Assembly: GCA_965197855.1 (NCBI GenBank)
Contig: OZ240230.1
Location: forward strand, 960,153 to 1,024,152
DNA from: Bdellovibrionales bacterium
GTDB lineage: Bacteria > Bdellovibrionota > Bdellovibrionia > Bdellovibrionales > UBA1609
Direction: 5' to 3'
Length of the DNA stretch: 64,000 bases
This document shows, one piece after another, positions 49,456 through 58,390 of the stretch. The notes beneath the pieces were generated by a model. That model was not told where the DNA came from, made no database searches, and saw nothing but the letters and a program-made list of their open reading frames with translations. A program made the position numbers and the translations under genes. Position 1 is the first letter of the stretch, and every line of letters starts with the position of its first letter.

Positions 49456-50013
49456 CTAAAAATTGATATCGAGAGTTGTTAACAGAGCTAAAGATTCAGG
49501 TTGTCTCCACCATTTATAATTTCGAAGGGCATATTGAGCGTTCACTTCAATTAAAGTGGAGACATGTCGATTGAATTGATAAACCCTATAGGTGGTGAAT
49601 ATTTGAAAGTAAAAAGGCCATTTGGTTTTATAATTTTTTTTTGTAAATCCTGCTCCAAGCAATACTCCAAAATAGATAGGGGTTTTGCTATTTGTATTTG
49701 GAAACCTGATACCGGGATATATCGCCATGGATTTCAAATTTGATTGACGATCTATTTCAAAACGTGTCCTCATGATGATAGGAACTTTCCATCTTTTTTT
49801 TGATTCCGTTCGGTAATCTCCTTGAATCATTATATGTTTAGCCAAACTATTTCGGAAAGAATAAGGAGGTATTAAGAAAGGAATACCGAGGGCTATATTA
49901 ACATTGCTGTCTGAAAGTATTTTATTATTAAAGTAAGGGGTGGCAAAACTAAATGAAGTGAAGGATAAGAAAATAAAAATAGTACTTTGTTTAATCCAAG
50001 AATGCAATTTCAT
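49456..50013 (-). CDS. small outer-membrane beta-barrel-like protein
   Basis: Signal peptide (FSFA), aromatic-rich alternating pattern, C-terminal LDINF; start overlaps the pyrC stop by 23 nt. Confidence 0.45.
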   Translation of the reverse strand: MKLHSWIKQSTIFIFLSFTSFSFATPYFNNKILSDSNVNIALGIPFLIPPYSFRNSLAKHIMIQGDYRTESKKRWKVPIIMRTRFEIDRQSNLKSMAIYPGIRFPNTNSKTPIYFGVLLGAGFTKKNYKTKWPFYFQIFTTYRVYQFNRHVSTLIEVNAQYALRNYKWWRQPESLALLTTLDINF

Positions 50014-51331
50014 GACCTTTTGCAGAGTTTATAATTTCACCCTCTTTCATTGCCAATTGCCCTCTCAGAAAAGCAGCTATAGGCCAGCCAGTTACTTTTA
50101 AATTTTCAAAGGGAGACCATCCACACTTATAGGCTAGCCAATCTTTGGTGATCCTTTGTTCTTTTTTTAAATCAACAATAGTTAAGTTAGCTAAAAATCC
50201 TTCTTGAATCAAACCTCTTTTTTTCATTTTAAAAATGTAGTGAGGATTTATGGCTAACAATCGGACAATAGTCTGAAGGTCTAATCGACCTTGATGTCGA
50301 TGATTCAGAAGTAAAGGGAGTAATGTTTGTACCCCTGGCATTCCGGAGGGAGTGTTTGGATAAATTTTGTTTTTTTCTTCTAGTGTATGTGGAGCATGGT
50401 CTGAACCAATAATATCCACAGTGCCATTTTGAATTCCTTTCCACAAAGCTTTCAGATGTCTTTCACCTCTTATAGGAGGATTCATTTGTGCTAAAGCACC
50501 CAGCTCTTTATAACATTCCGGGGCACACAGGGTGAGATGCTGAGGAGTCACTTCTACGGAAGCTACTTTTTTATGTTGTGATAAAAATTCCATTTCTTCT
50601 TCAGTAGTGACATGAAGAACATGGACAGGTCTTTGATATTTTTCTGCCAGGTGAATTAATTTTTTTGTTGAATTGAAGGCTGTTTGTTCATCCCGCCATA
50701 AAGCATGTGACTCCACTTTTCCTTCTTGAATGAATTGTTTTCTTTCAATCAATCTAGCTTCGTCCTCCGAGTGAACAGCCATTCTTCTTTTTCCATTTTT
50801 GATGACGATTTCCAAATCTTCTTCTTTATCTAAGAGTAGATTTCCAGTGGAGCTTCCCATAAACACTTTGACACCGCAACAGCCTTTGGAATTTTCTAAT
50901 TCATGCAGATCATTTTTATTTTCAGGGCTGGCTCCTACAAAAAAAGCATAATCACAGTGAAAACGATCTTTAGCTCTTTCCAATTTTTCGTTTAAGGCTT
51001 GTAAGTTTGTTGTAGGGGGAGAGGTGTTTGGCATTTCAAAAACACCAGTGATGCCACCTAATAAAGCACTTTTACTTCCTGTTTCAAAGTCTTCCTTATA
51101 CTCCATTCCAGGTTCTCTAAAATGAACTTGGCAGTCCATCAGCCCTGGCAGAACATGGAGATTTTTAGCATCAAAAATATTGGAGCATTTATTTTTTTCA
51201 ATAAAGCCAATTTTTACAATATGACCATCACGGATACCAATATCTGTTTGCTCTTCGATGATCTCATAAAAGTTTTTTGGATTTGGAAAGACCCCTATCC
51301 CATTTTTAATAACTAGATCAAATTCACTCAT
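49991..51331 (-). CDS. pyrC: dihydroorotase (long, allantoinase-like class)
   Basis: Metal-binding DCQVHFREPG, SDHAPH motif; 446 aa. Confidence 0.88.
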   Translation of the reverse strand: MSEFDLVIKNGIGVFPNPKNFYEIIEEQTDIGIRDGHIVKIGFIEKNKCSNIFDAKNLHVLPGLMDCQVHFREPGMEYKEDFETGSKSALLGGITGVFEMPNTSPPTTNLQALNEKLERAKDRFHCDYAFFVGASPENKNDLHELENSKGCCGVKVFMGSSTGNLLLDKEEDLEIVIKNGKRRMAVHSEDEARLIERKQFIQEGKVESHALWRDEQTAFNSTKKLIHLAEKYQRPVHVLHVTTEEEMEFLSQHKKVASVEVTPQHLTLCAPECYKELGALAQMNPPIRGERHLKALWKGIQNGTVDIIGSDHAPHTLEEKNKIYPNTPSGMPGVQTLLPLLLNHRHQGRLDLQTIVRLLAINPHYIFKMKKRGLIQEGFLANLTIVDLKKEQRITKDWLAYKCGWSPFENLKVTGWPIAAFLRGQLAMKEGEIINSAKGHEIAFLD

Positions 51332-51457
51332 ATTAAGAATATCTTATAATCTTTGTTTATGTTCAACAGAAATCTTTTAAGAGGTTCTTTGGTACTGGAG
51401 GAAATATAAAATATTCAGACATCAGTGATATTTATTTTTTGAATGAGTTATTAAATT

Positions 51458-53203
51458 TTATCGAGGGCATTGGCTGGTGTTATGAATATTTTCAGATTGG
51501 TTCCACACATGAAACATATTAATTTGTCTGTCATTGGAACTTCTGCCTAATGCGGCCTCTACATAAGAAAGATTATTCATACTATTTGTAAAATTCTCAA
51601 CATCCTCCTTTGTCTTTTCTGGTCTTAAACAGTTTTGTATATCCTGGTATTCCTCCAGTCTATTACAGTGGAAATAATATATTCTGAGTTTTTCCCAGTG
51701 ACTCATTTTCTTCCAAGCTTCTTGAGGAATAGCTGGAGGTTTGCCGTTCCTTACTAAATGCTCTTGTGCTTCATTCACTCGTGTTTGCCCTCCATTATAG
51801 CCGGATAAAGCTTTTCTCCAATGATCCATGTCAGTGTCAGAAAGGACAGGGTTATTACAATCAAAGGAAGGTATCCTGTCATTATTCACTTTTTCGTATT
51901 TTTCGTTTAAGTTTTTTAAACTTTCTTTTATATTAGTAACAGGGTTTCCTAAACACGACGGTAGACTTTGTAAATTATTTCTATTGAGTATAGTTTGGCA
52001 TTCATTGGAAGTGCACATTGGTGTGCCTTGCACTTGGAACAATCCATGACTTTTATCATCATCTCCGGATGCATTACATGAATTAGGAATTTTTCTGTAT
52101 TTGAATTTTTCTTTGCTGATTTCAATTTTTTCGATTTTTAAGCAGTTTCCTGTGCTTTCTAAAGACATTATAGAAAGCATAACGGCTGGGGGGACTTTTG
52201 CTTTACATGCTTTACAAGTAATTAATTCTCTAAGTTTTTTAAAATCTATTGAAGGGCATGTTTCTCTGAAATTGTTTCTAACTGCTGCTTCCAAACCACC
52301 AGAGGTGCATATTTTTTTAGCTGTAATTTTCTCTCTTATTTTATCTTGTACCTTAGTATTTACATCAGTATTTTTTGACACACAATCTGCGCAGACAGCA
52401 CTGGCGGCTGTACTGCTATCGTTTTTGACTCTGCAATCTTTTGCAATAATATCACGAACTTCAATGTTTAGTACTTCTGTAGGTTTTGTTGTTGTAACAG
52501 TTGTTGGTGGAGGGGGGTCTTCCTGTGTATCTTCTTCTTTTTCTTCTTCATCTAAGGCATCTTCTTCAATTGTGGGCTCTGGTTGTTCTGCAGGAGCTGT
52601 TTCTGGTTGTTTTGTTGGAGTTGGTTCTTCTTGTGTGGCGCTAACAGCAGCTTCAAGTACATCTTCAGCACGAATACCTTTAAACTGACCTTCGGTAATG
52701 ACTTGACGGTCTTTATTTTTTTCTTCCCGGATCACTCTTGGAGGAGTACGATCCTTGGTCGGTTTCTCAATGTGAACTCGATAATAGTCTTCTTCTTCAG
52801 GTGTTTTTAACGCGTCTTCTTTGGAAATGCGTTTGAGTTTATGATCTGACTCAGAATATTCATAGGAACTCCATGAGTAATCCCGCAGAAGAGATCGACT
52901 TCTTCTAGAAGAAATGGCCTTAGGTTGAACAGATACAGGTGTAAACATAGATGGAGCGGTTTTCCCTGTGTTCAGTAGATCAAGAAAGGGAGCATTAGTC
53001 ATTTCCAAACACCATATGATATTCATTCCTGCTGGACAGAGAGTTTGAAGAGGGGTTCCCTGAGGCAACAAATTTGTGGGCTGTAAAGGGCTAAGACCTA
53101 ATAACATCGGATTAAAAAATAATGGATTGGAAAATGTAAAGGGGCAAAAAAATACAACCCATAAAATAAACAGTATTTTATATTTTTTTTGAAATAAAAT
53201 CAT
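51458..53203 (-). CDS. secreted protein with Pro/Glu-rich linker and C-terminal lytic-transglycosylase-like (SLT) domain
   Basis: Signal peptide; EEPTPTKQPETAPAEQPEPTIEE linker; SLT-like motifs LESTGN, HGLFQVQG, SGYNGG. Confidence 0.65.
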   Translation of the reverse strand: MILFQKKYKILFILWVVFFCPFTFSNPLFFNPMLLGLSPLQPTNLLPQGTPLQTLCPAGMNIIWCLEMTNAPFLDLLNTGKTAPSMFTPVSVQPKAISSRRSRSLLRDYSWSSYEYSESDHKLKRISKEDALKTPEEEDYYRVHIEKPTKDRTPPRVIREEKNKDRQVITEGQFKGIRAEDVLEAAVSATQEEPTPTKQPETAPAEQPEPTIEEDALDEEEKEEDTQEDPPPPTTVTTTKPTEVLNIEVRDIIAKDCRVKNDSSTAASAVCADCVSKNTDVNTKVQDKIREKITAKKICTSGGLEAAVRNNFRETCPSIDFKKLRELITCKACKAKVPPAVMLSIMSLESTGNCLKIEKIEISKEKFKYRKIPNSCNASGDDDKSHGLFQVQGTPMCTSNECQTILNRNNLQSLPSCLGNPVTNIKESLKNLNEKYEKVNNDRIPSFDCNNPVLSDTDMDHWRKALSGYNGGQTRVNEAQEHLVRNGKPPAIPQEAWKKMSHWEKLRIYYFHCNRLEEYQDIQNCLRPEKTKEDVENFTNSMNNLSYVEAALGRSSNDRQINMFHVWNQSENIHNTSQCPR

Positions 53204-53423
53204 AATAACTACCTATGTGAATACTCCTATATTTCCTATCGTCTTCTTATGCTTTTTGTTTAGTGGTATTTCCATTGTATCAGAATAACTACTTTCTGAT
53301 ATTTTCTTACTATTTATTTTTAATTAGATATGAGTTTTTTGTAGCGTTTATTACAATAAAACAAGCTGGTTGTGTAAAAATTTTAATGGACTTTAGGTAT
53401 AAAGACAGTCCATAATAGCCTGT

Positions 53424-53729
53424 ATGTTGATTTATCGCTGGCAATCTCCTGTTATACCCACCCCGGAACAAATTCGTATGTTTTTTGAAAGGGAGGGGCT
53501 CTCTGCTGTGGAAGAAGTATATAAAGCTGGTGAAGAAGTTAAAGATCATATTCACCCTTTTGATGAAATTCGTATGGTGTGTCAGGGTGAAATATTATTT
53601 AATATTGCCGGCAATCATGTTCTTCTTCGTGGAGGAGATAAAATTGTGATTCCTTCCAATACTCGTCATTCTAAAACAGTTCAGGGCAAAAAAGACTGTA
53701 TTTCTTTTTGTGCTTTTAAATCTTTCTAA
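53424..53729 (+). CDS. cupin-domain protein
   Basis: 101 aa; cupin motifs (HIHPFDEIRMVCQGE ... GDKIVIPSNTRH). Confidence 0.65.
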   Translation: MLIYRWQSPVIPTPEQIRMFFEREGLSAVEEVYKAGEEVKDHIHPFDEIRMVCQGEILFNIAGNHVLLRGGDKIVIPSNTRHSKTVQGKKDCISFCAFKSF

Positions 53730-53738
53730 GGGTTTAAG

Positions 53739-55253
53739 ATGAAAACAGAACATCGAATTACAATGAATTTAGAGAAAATATCTCTCTTTGTTAATTTTTT
53801 TATTCTATTGTTTTTTGTAATATCTTTATGTTTATCTTTCTTTTATCCGTCTTTTTGGATGTATGCTTTAACTGCAGTTTTATTTGTTCTTAATGCTGTG
53901 AATTTTTATTATAGGCATATACAAAAAACGCATACACTCTTGGCTAATTTTGGAATTTTAGCTCAAGTTCGATATATTATTGAAAGTTTAGGGCCTGAAT
54001 TTAGGCAGTATTTATATTCCAGTGATGTAGAAGGGCGGCCTTTCAATAGAGTAGATCGTTCGGATATTTATAAAAAATCAAAAGATATGGAAAGTTCAGC
54101 AGCTTTTGGTTCACTTCTTAACTTTGACCGTAGTGAAATGAAATTAAAACACTCTATGTTTCCGGTTTTAAAATCAGAGATTGAAAAATTTTCTTTAACA
54201 TTTGGAGAAGAAAGGAATTTAAGTCAAACCTACACTATTGATAAACCTATTATGGTGGGAGCTATGAGCTATGGGGCTTTAGGTTCCAAAGCTATTCGCG
54301 CTTTAGCTCGTGGAGCTTTTAAGGCAGGTATTCCATTGAATACGGGTGAGGGAGGACATCCCAAATATCATCTGATGGAAAAGTGTGACCTTATTTTTCA
54401 AATGGGGACAGCCAAGTTTGGTGTTAGAGATTCAAGGGGAGCCTTGGATGAAGAGAAATTAAGATCTTTATCTCAACATCCGCAGATTAAAATGATTGAG
54501 ATTAAATTTTCTCAAGGGGCAAAACCCGGAAAAGGGGGGCTTCTTCCTAAGGAAAAAATAACAAAAGAAATTGCTGAACTTAGAGGAGTTGAAATAGGAA
54601 AAGATGTGATCTCTCCTCCTTACCATCTGGAATGTACAGATTGCAAATCCACTTGCTTGTTTATTAAAAGGGTTCAGGATGTTTCTCAACTTCCTGTAGG
54701 TATTAAGTTTTGCGTAGGACAAGTAGATGAGCTGGCTCAATTGATAAGAACAATGTCAGAGCTAAATATTTTTCCGGATTACATGGCAATTGATGGGGCG
54801 GAAGGAGGCACAGGTGCTGCTCCTAAAATTTTTATGGATCATGTGGGTTGGCCAATCTTTGAAGCTTTACCTTTGATTCATCAAATGTTGGAACAAGTGG
54901 GTGTTCGTAAGAAAATGAAGTTAGTGGCTTCGGGGCGTTTGGTTAATTCGGGTAAGCAAGTGATGGCGTTAGCTCAAGGCGCAGATGCCATATACACGGC
55001 TCGGGGTTTTATGTTGGCTTTAGGTTGTATTCAAGCTCTTCGTTGTAATAATAATTCCTGTCCTGTAGGAATCACCACTCACTCCAAGGCTTTGATGCAA
55101 GGTTTGGATATTGAAGATAAATCAGAACGCATAAAATATTATGTTTCTAATTTAAACCATGATTATTATGAAATGCTTTCTTCTTTGGGGCAGAAATCTT
55201 TCGAATCTTTAAATAAGGATCTCCTTTTATCTTACGATTCCCCGGAACATTAG
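53739..55253 (+). CDS. FMN-binding glutamate synthase-family protein (GltB domain-2-like) with N-terminal TM helices
   Basis: SQGAKPGKGGLLP and DGAEGGTGAAP motifs of the glutamate synthase FMN domain. Confidence 0.85.
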   Translation: MKTEHRITMNLEKISLFVNFFILLFFVISLCLSFFYPSFWMYALTAVLFVLNAVNFYYRHIQKTHTLLANFGILAQVRYIIESLGPEFRQYLYSSDVEGRPFNRVDRSDIYKKSKDMESSAAFGSLLNFDRSEMKLKHSMFPVLKSEIEKFSLTFGEERNLSQTYTIDKPIMVGAMSYGALGSKAIRALARGAFKAGIPLNTGEGGHPKYHLMEKCDLIFQMGTAKFGVRDSRGALDEEKLRSLSQHPQIKMIEIKFSQGAKPGKGGLLPKEKITKEIAELRGVEIGKDVISPPYHLECTDCKSTCLFIKRVQDVSQLPVGIKFCVGQVDELAQLIRTMSELNIFPDYMAIDGAEGGTGAAPKIFMDHVGWPIFEALPLIHQMLEQVGVRKKMKLVASGRLVNSGKQVMALAQGADAIYTARGFMLALGCIQALRCNNNSCPVGITTHSKALMQGLDIEDKSERIKYYVSNLNHDYYEMLSSLGQKSFESLNKDLLLSYDSPEH

Positions 55254-55285
55254 TGAAAAGTTTTTTCAATTAAAGAGGGCTATCA

Positions 55286-55777
55286 ATGAAATCAGAAGGC
55301 AGTTATTTTTATTCTTCTCCTATTGGGGTATTAGAAATTCAGTTGAAAGGAAATAAGCTTTACTCTATATCACAAGTACGTTCTCATACCACTTCTAGAA
55401 AAGGAAAATTTTCTGCATTAAAAAGTACAGGCACAATTCCTCCCCTTATTTTATCATTAGTGTCCAGCTTGAATGATTATTTTTCCGGAAAGAAAATAAA
55501 AACATGGCAGATTCCTCTCTATCCTCAAGGAACTGCTTTTCAAAAAAAGGTTTGGAAATACTTAAGTCAAATCTCTTATGGGGATCGTTGCACTTATTCA
55601 AAAGTGGCTCAGGCTATTGGTTCTCCCAAGGCTTTTCGGGCTGTGGGTTCAGCTTGTGGGAAAAACCCCTGGTTGATTTTAGTTCCCTGTCACCGTGTGG
55701 TTAGCCAAACAGGCTTGGGTGGTTTTGCCTTGGGGTTAAAAGTCAAATCCAGACTTCTCAATTTAGAATGCCACTGA
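55286..55777 (+). CDS. ogt: methylated-DNA--protein-cysteine methyltransferase
   Basis: Active-site PCHRVV, upstream YSKVAQAIGSPKAFRAVGSACGKNP. Confidence 0.9.
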   Translation: MKSEGSYFYSSPIGVLEIQLKGNKLYSISQVRSHTTSRKGKFSALKSTGTIPPLILSLVSSLNDYFSGKKIKTWQIPLYPQGTAFQKKVWKYLSQISYGDRCTYSKVAQAIGSPKAFRAVGSACGKNPWLILVPCHRVVSQTGLGGFALGLKVKSRLLNLECH

Positions 55778-55860
55778 AGAAAGTTTTATTTTGGAAATGA
55801 TGACTGCTCTTTGAAGGGCTAAACATCCAAGGCCATTTTAGTCCTATACTATATTTTTTC

Positions 55861-55888
55861 TTGTATTCGTCAAAGTGACGAGTATAAT
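55861..55888 (+). promoter_or_regulatory. sigma70-like promoter with operator-like palindrome in the spacer
   Basis: TTGTAT, 16-nt spacer, TATAAT; spacer contains CGTCA-AAG-TGACG (55868-55880). Confidence 0.4.
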
Positions 55889-56043
55889 AAGAATTATGAC
55901 AACTAAAAACATAATGCCAGGGCTATTTTGGATTGTGGGGAGTGTTGAGGATGTTCCTGAAGTTTTAAAAAGAATGCGGCGGACTATCTTAGAAGATAGG
56001 CCTTCTTTTTTAAGAAATATTTAAAAACTCCAATAGGGTAAGT

Positions 56044-56355
56044 ATGAAAAAATATATTTTATTTGTTAGTATTCTTTGTTCTTACAGCTTTGGACATGAG
56101 ACTCAAGCTGAAAAGGATTGTTTGGAGGCTGATTTATTAAATATAAGAAATACTACTCATATTAACTGGGTGATGAAGTATAAAAGTAATACTATGGAAG
56201 AAATGAAAAATTTTGCTGATGAAAGAATGGAAGTAACCCAAAGGTTTAAAGAAAAAAAAATAAACCATGAAACTCATTGCAAAAAACTTCTTGATATATC
56301 AAAAAAAGAATCTGAACACTTTACAGTAGTTTTTAAACCCATGCGGCCAGAATAA
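56044..56355 (+). CDS. small secreted hypothetical protein
   Basis: 103 aa; signal peptide MKKYILFVSILCSYSFG; lies inside the ogt-duplication insert. Confidence 0.45.
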   Translation: MKKYILFVSILCSYSFGHETQAEKDCLEADLLNIRNTTHINWVMKYKSNTMEEMKNFADERMEVTQRFKEKKINHETHCKKLLDISKKESEHFTVVFKPMRPE

Positions 56356-56364
56356 CATATTGTA

Positions 56365-56459
56365 TTCCCTGTCACCGTGTGGTTAGCCAAACAGGGTTGG
56401 GCGGTTTTGCTTTGGGCTTAAAAACCAAGTCTCATCTTCTTAGCTTGGAATGCCATTAA
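56365..56459 (+). pseudogene. orphan duplicate of the ogt 3' end (last 30 codons plus stop)
   Basis: 78/95 nt identical to 55683-55777, first 31 nt perfect; reads PCHRVVSQTGLGGFALGLKTKSHLLSLECH stop, with no start or upstream ogt sequence. Confidence 0.85.
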
Positions 56460-56470
56460 ATAAGTTTTAT

Positions 56471-57400
56471 CTACCTAGTATAGGGAGCAGATGTTCTATG
56501 GCTGGATTCACCTTCTCGTTCTCTATATGGCCTATATAGCTCGTAATTTCGAGCTTCCAAACTTTTCCTTGCTATTTGTATGATTTTTGGAACTCTTGAC
56601 ATTTTTGCATATTCATAACCATCTACAAGTCTTCCATGAACGAAAGATTCCACATATCCTGAAGGCCTGAACCTTGCAACTCTAGCAGTAAAACTAGTTC
56701 TTTTAATTTTCAGATCACTTTGAATAGCTAAGATCCAAGGGGTTTGTTTATCATTGTTTTTTTCATCTATAAATCTATTCCGTAAATGATCTCTGTCCAT
56801 TGGTTCGAAACCTACATGTTTCAGGGTCATAGAAACCCCGTTTGCAAAATATACTTTTATAGCAATATGAAGAGGATTATGTTCGATACTAACTCCTCCT
56901 GTTCTTTTCTTTGTACGTGGGTTAAATCCTAATTCTAAGAAAAATATTAACTTTTCAATATCTTTTTCATAGGCGGCTACTTGAGGCGGAGACCAGCCAA
57001 GAGGCATCCATTTTTTCTGATGTTCTTTAGAGATGGGATTATCTGGAAGGGCGGAGTGATCAAAACGAATGGTCTTTAAAAAGGGAAAATTCTCTACAAT
57101 TTCTATCATCTCTTGATAGTTGTTATCCTGAAAGGCTTTGAGAAAATTTTTTTCAGCTTGTTCTTTTTTTGCTTTTGTTGATCGTGGAGCACGGTTGTTG
57201 GAAGTTCTATGAGTCTTAGAAGACTTATTTTGGACAGAAGGAGGAGAAGTTGTAGTGAAGGCATAAAGATCTTCAGAAAACAACTCTTCTTGTACCGCTA
57301 AAGACTGTTGGCATGTTTTGTTACTTTTCGCCCCTGTAAACAAAAAGAGGCAAGAAACAACAAAGATCCCCATTTTAAAAATCTTAAATTTTCTTTTCAT
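56471..57400 (-). CDS. secreted protein with ankyrin-like repeats
   Basis: Signal peptide; segments PPQVAAYEKDIEKLIFFLELGFNPRTK and NPLHIAIKVYFANGVSMTLKHVGFEPMDRD resemble ankyrin units. Confidence 0.45.
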   Translation of the reverse strand: MKRKFKIFKMGIFVVSCLFLFTGAKSNKTCQQSLAVQEELFSEDLYAFTTTSPPSVQNKSSKTHRTSNNRAPRSTKAKKEQAEKNFLKAFQDNNYQEMIEIVENFPFLKTIRFDHSALPDNPISKEHQKKWMPLGWSPPQVAAYEKDIEKLIFFLELGFNPRTKKRTGGVSIEHNPLHIAIKVYFANGVSMTLKHVGFEPMDRDHLRNRFIDEKNNDKQTPWILAIQSDLKIKRTSFTARVARFRPSGYVESFVHGRLVDGYEYAKMSRVPKIIQIARKSLEARNYELYRPYREREGESSHRTSAPYTR

Positions 57401-57637
57401 GTTGCGAATATTAAGGGAGCTGTTATTTTATGTAAATGCTTTCAGTATTTTTTGTAATTTTTTCATTCTGATAAGTATGTAAAATTTTCCTATAAGTTAT
57501 AAAATTTACATGACCATCATGTCATTCCTGCACTCCTTGGTTCAACGGTTTTGGTTGGCACCTCAACCGTCTCGCTCCTGCGTAGGTAAGAATCCTAATG
57601 TATATGACTGAGATTTCCTCCTTCATAAGGAGGTATT

Positions 57638-57976
57638 TCAGATAGTATTTAAAAATATTTCTTTTATTCTAACGTTACAGCTAGTAGGTGTTAGGGGTAT
57701 GTGTGTTGTGGTCAGTTCAACTTCTTCTGTTTCTTCAATAATGTGCACCACAGATGTTAAAGCGCCATTAGTTAAATGATATGCCTTTTTCCGATTAATT
57801 TCTTCTATGGAATACAGTTCATCTCTATAGACCGTGATAGGCTTTGACTTACAAGGATTACTTAACTCTCTGTTTATCTCAGCTATTCTGTTAGTAGCAG
57901 AGTATGGATCACGAGTCTCGGATGCAAGAGATAAGAATGGAAATAAGATAAATATAATTTTTAAGATAAAAAACAT
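57638..57976 (-). CDS. small secreted hypothetical protein
   Basis: 112 aa with signal peptide (FPFLSLASE); immediately downstream of tRNA-Pro. Confidence 0.45.
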   Translation of the reverse strand: MFFILKIIFILFPFLSLASETRDPYSATNRIAEINRELSNPCKSKPITVYRDELYSIEEINRKKAYHLTNGALTSVVHIIEETEEVELTTTHIPLTPTSCNVRIKEIFLNTI

Positions 57977-58050
57977 AATGTACTCCCTGCTCTTTGTCCT
58001 TCCTGAGAGATAGGTAACAGAATATACCGCATAGGTACACTTTTTTGATG

Positions 58051-58124
58051 TCGGGGAGACAGGATTTGAACCTGCGACCCTCTGCTCCCAAAGCAGATGC
58101 GCTACCAGACTGCGCCACTCCCCG
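58051..58124 (-). tRNA. tRNA-Pro(TGG), CCA not encoded
   Basis: Reverse complement CGGGGAGTGGCGCAGTCTGGTAGCGCATCTGCTTTGGGAGCAGAGGGTCGCAGGTTCAAATCCTGTCTCCCCGA folds as a cloverleaf with anticodon loop TTTGGGA. Confidence 0.92.
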
Positions 58125-58390
58125 TAACTGAATTTTTACTTAATTATGACTCATCTAGTCTAAATGACGAGTTTTTATTGTCATCAATAAACTTCTTTTC
58201 AACCCTTTTTTAGGCTTTTTTGCGAAAAAAAAGTATAAATTTTGTGTTTTTTTACTTGATCATAAGACTCATAGCGTTGTAGAAAGCGAAAAACTCTTAT
58301 TTTTTGAGTAGTTTTTGAATACAATAGGTCTCAGCAAATTGTAGGTCTGTGGTTGTTGACCACGGTTGAGACAGTAATAATAAAAAAGGA

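Noticed and set aside
52101-52688. 195-aa ORF on the plus strand (Ser/Gly/Val-rich)
   Set aside because: It is antisense to the Pro/Glu-rich linker of the 51458-53203 gene. It is low-complexity mirror-frame sequence with no start context, so it is a shadow ORF.
57530-57592. GTCATTCCTGCACTCCTT ... CTCGCTCCTGCGTAGG, which resembles parts of the module core (GTCATTCGCATCCAGCTCACTCCTTGCGTAGG) about 450 bp downstream of tRNA-Pro
   Set aside because: The similarity consists of 7-8-mers interrupted by about 35 unrelated nt. There is no duplicate of the tRNA-Pro 3' end nearby. It is too weak to call without a genome-wide search.
58357-58372. TGACCACG followed by GTTGAGAC, resembling the tRNA-Arg 3' end repeat. 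It could have marked a 5-kb island boundary.
   Set aside because: Only an exact 8-mer plus weak similarity (about 13 of 17 with a gap). An 8-mer match is expected by chance in 64 kb on two strands, and the flanking orientation does not match the modules.
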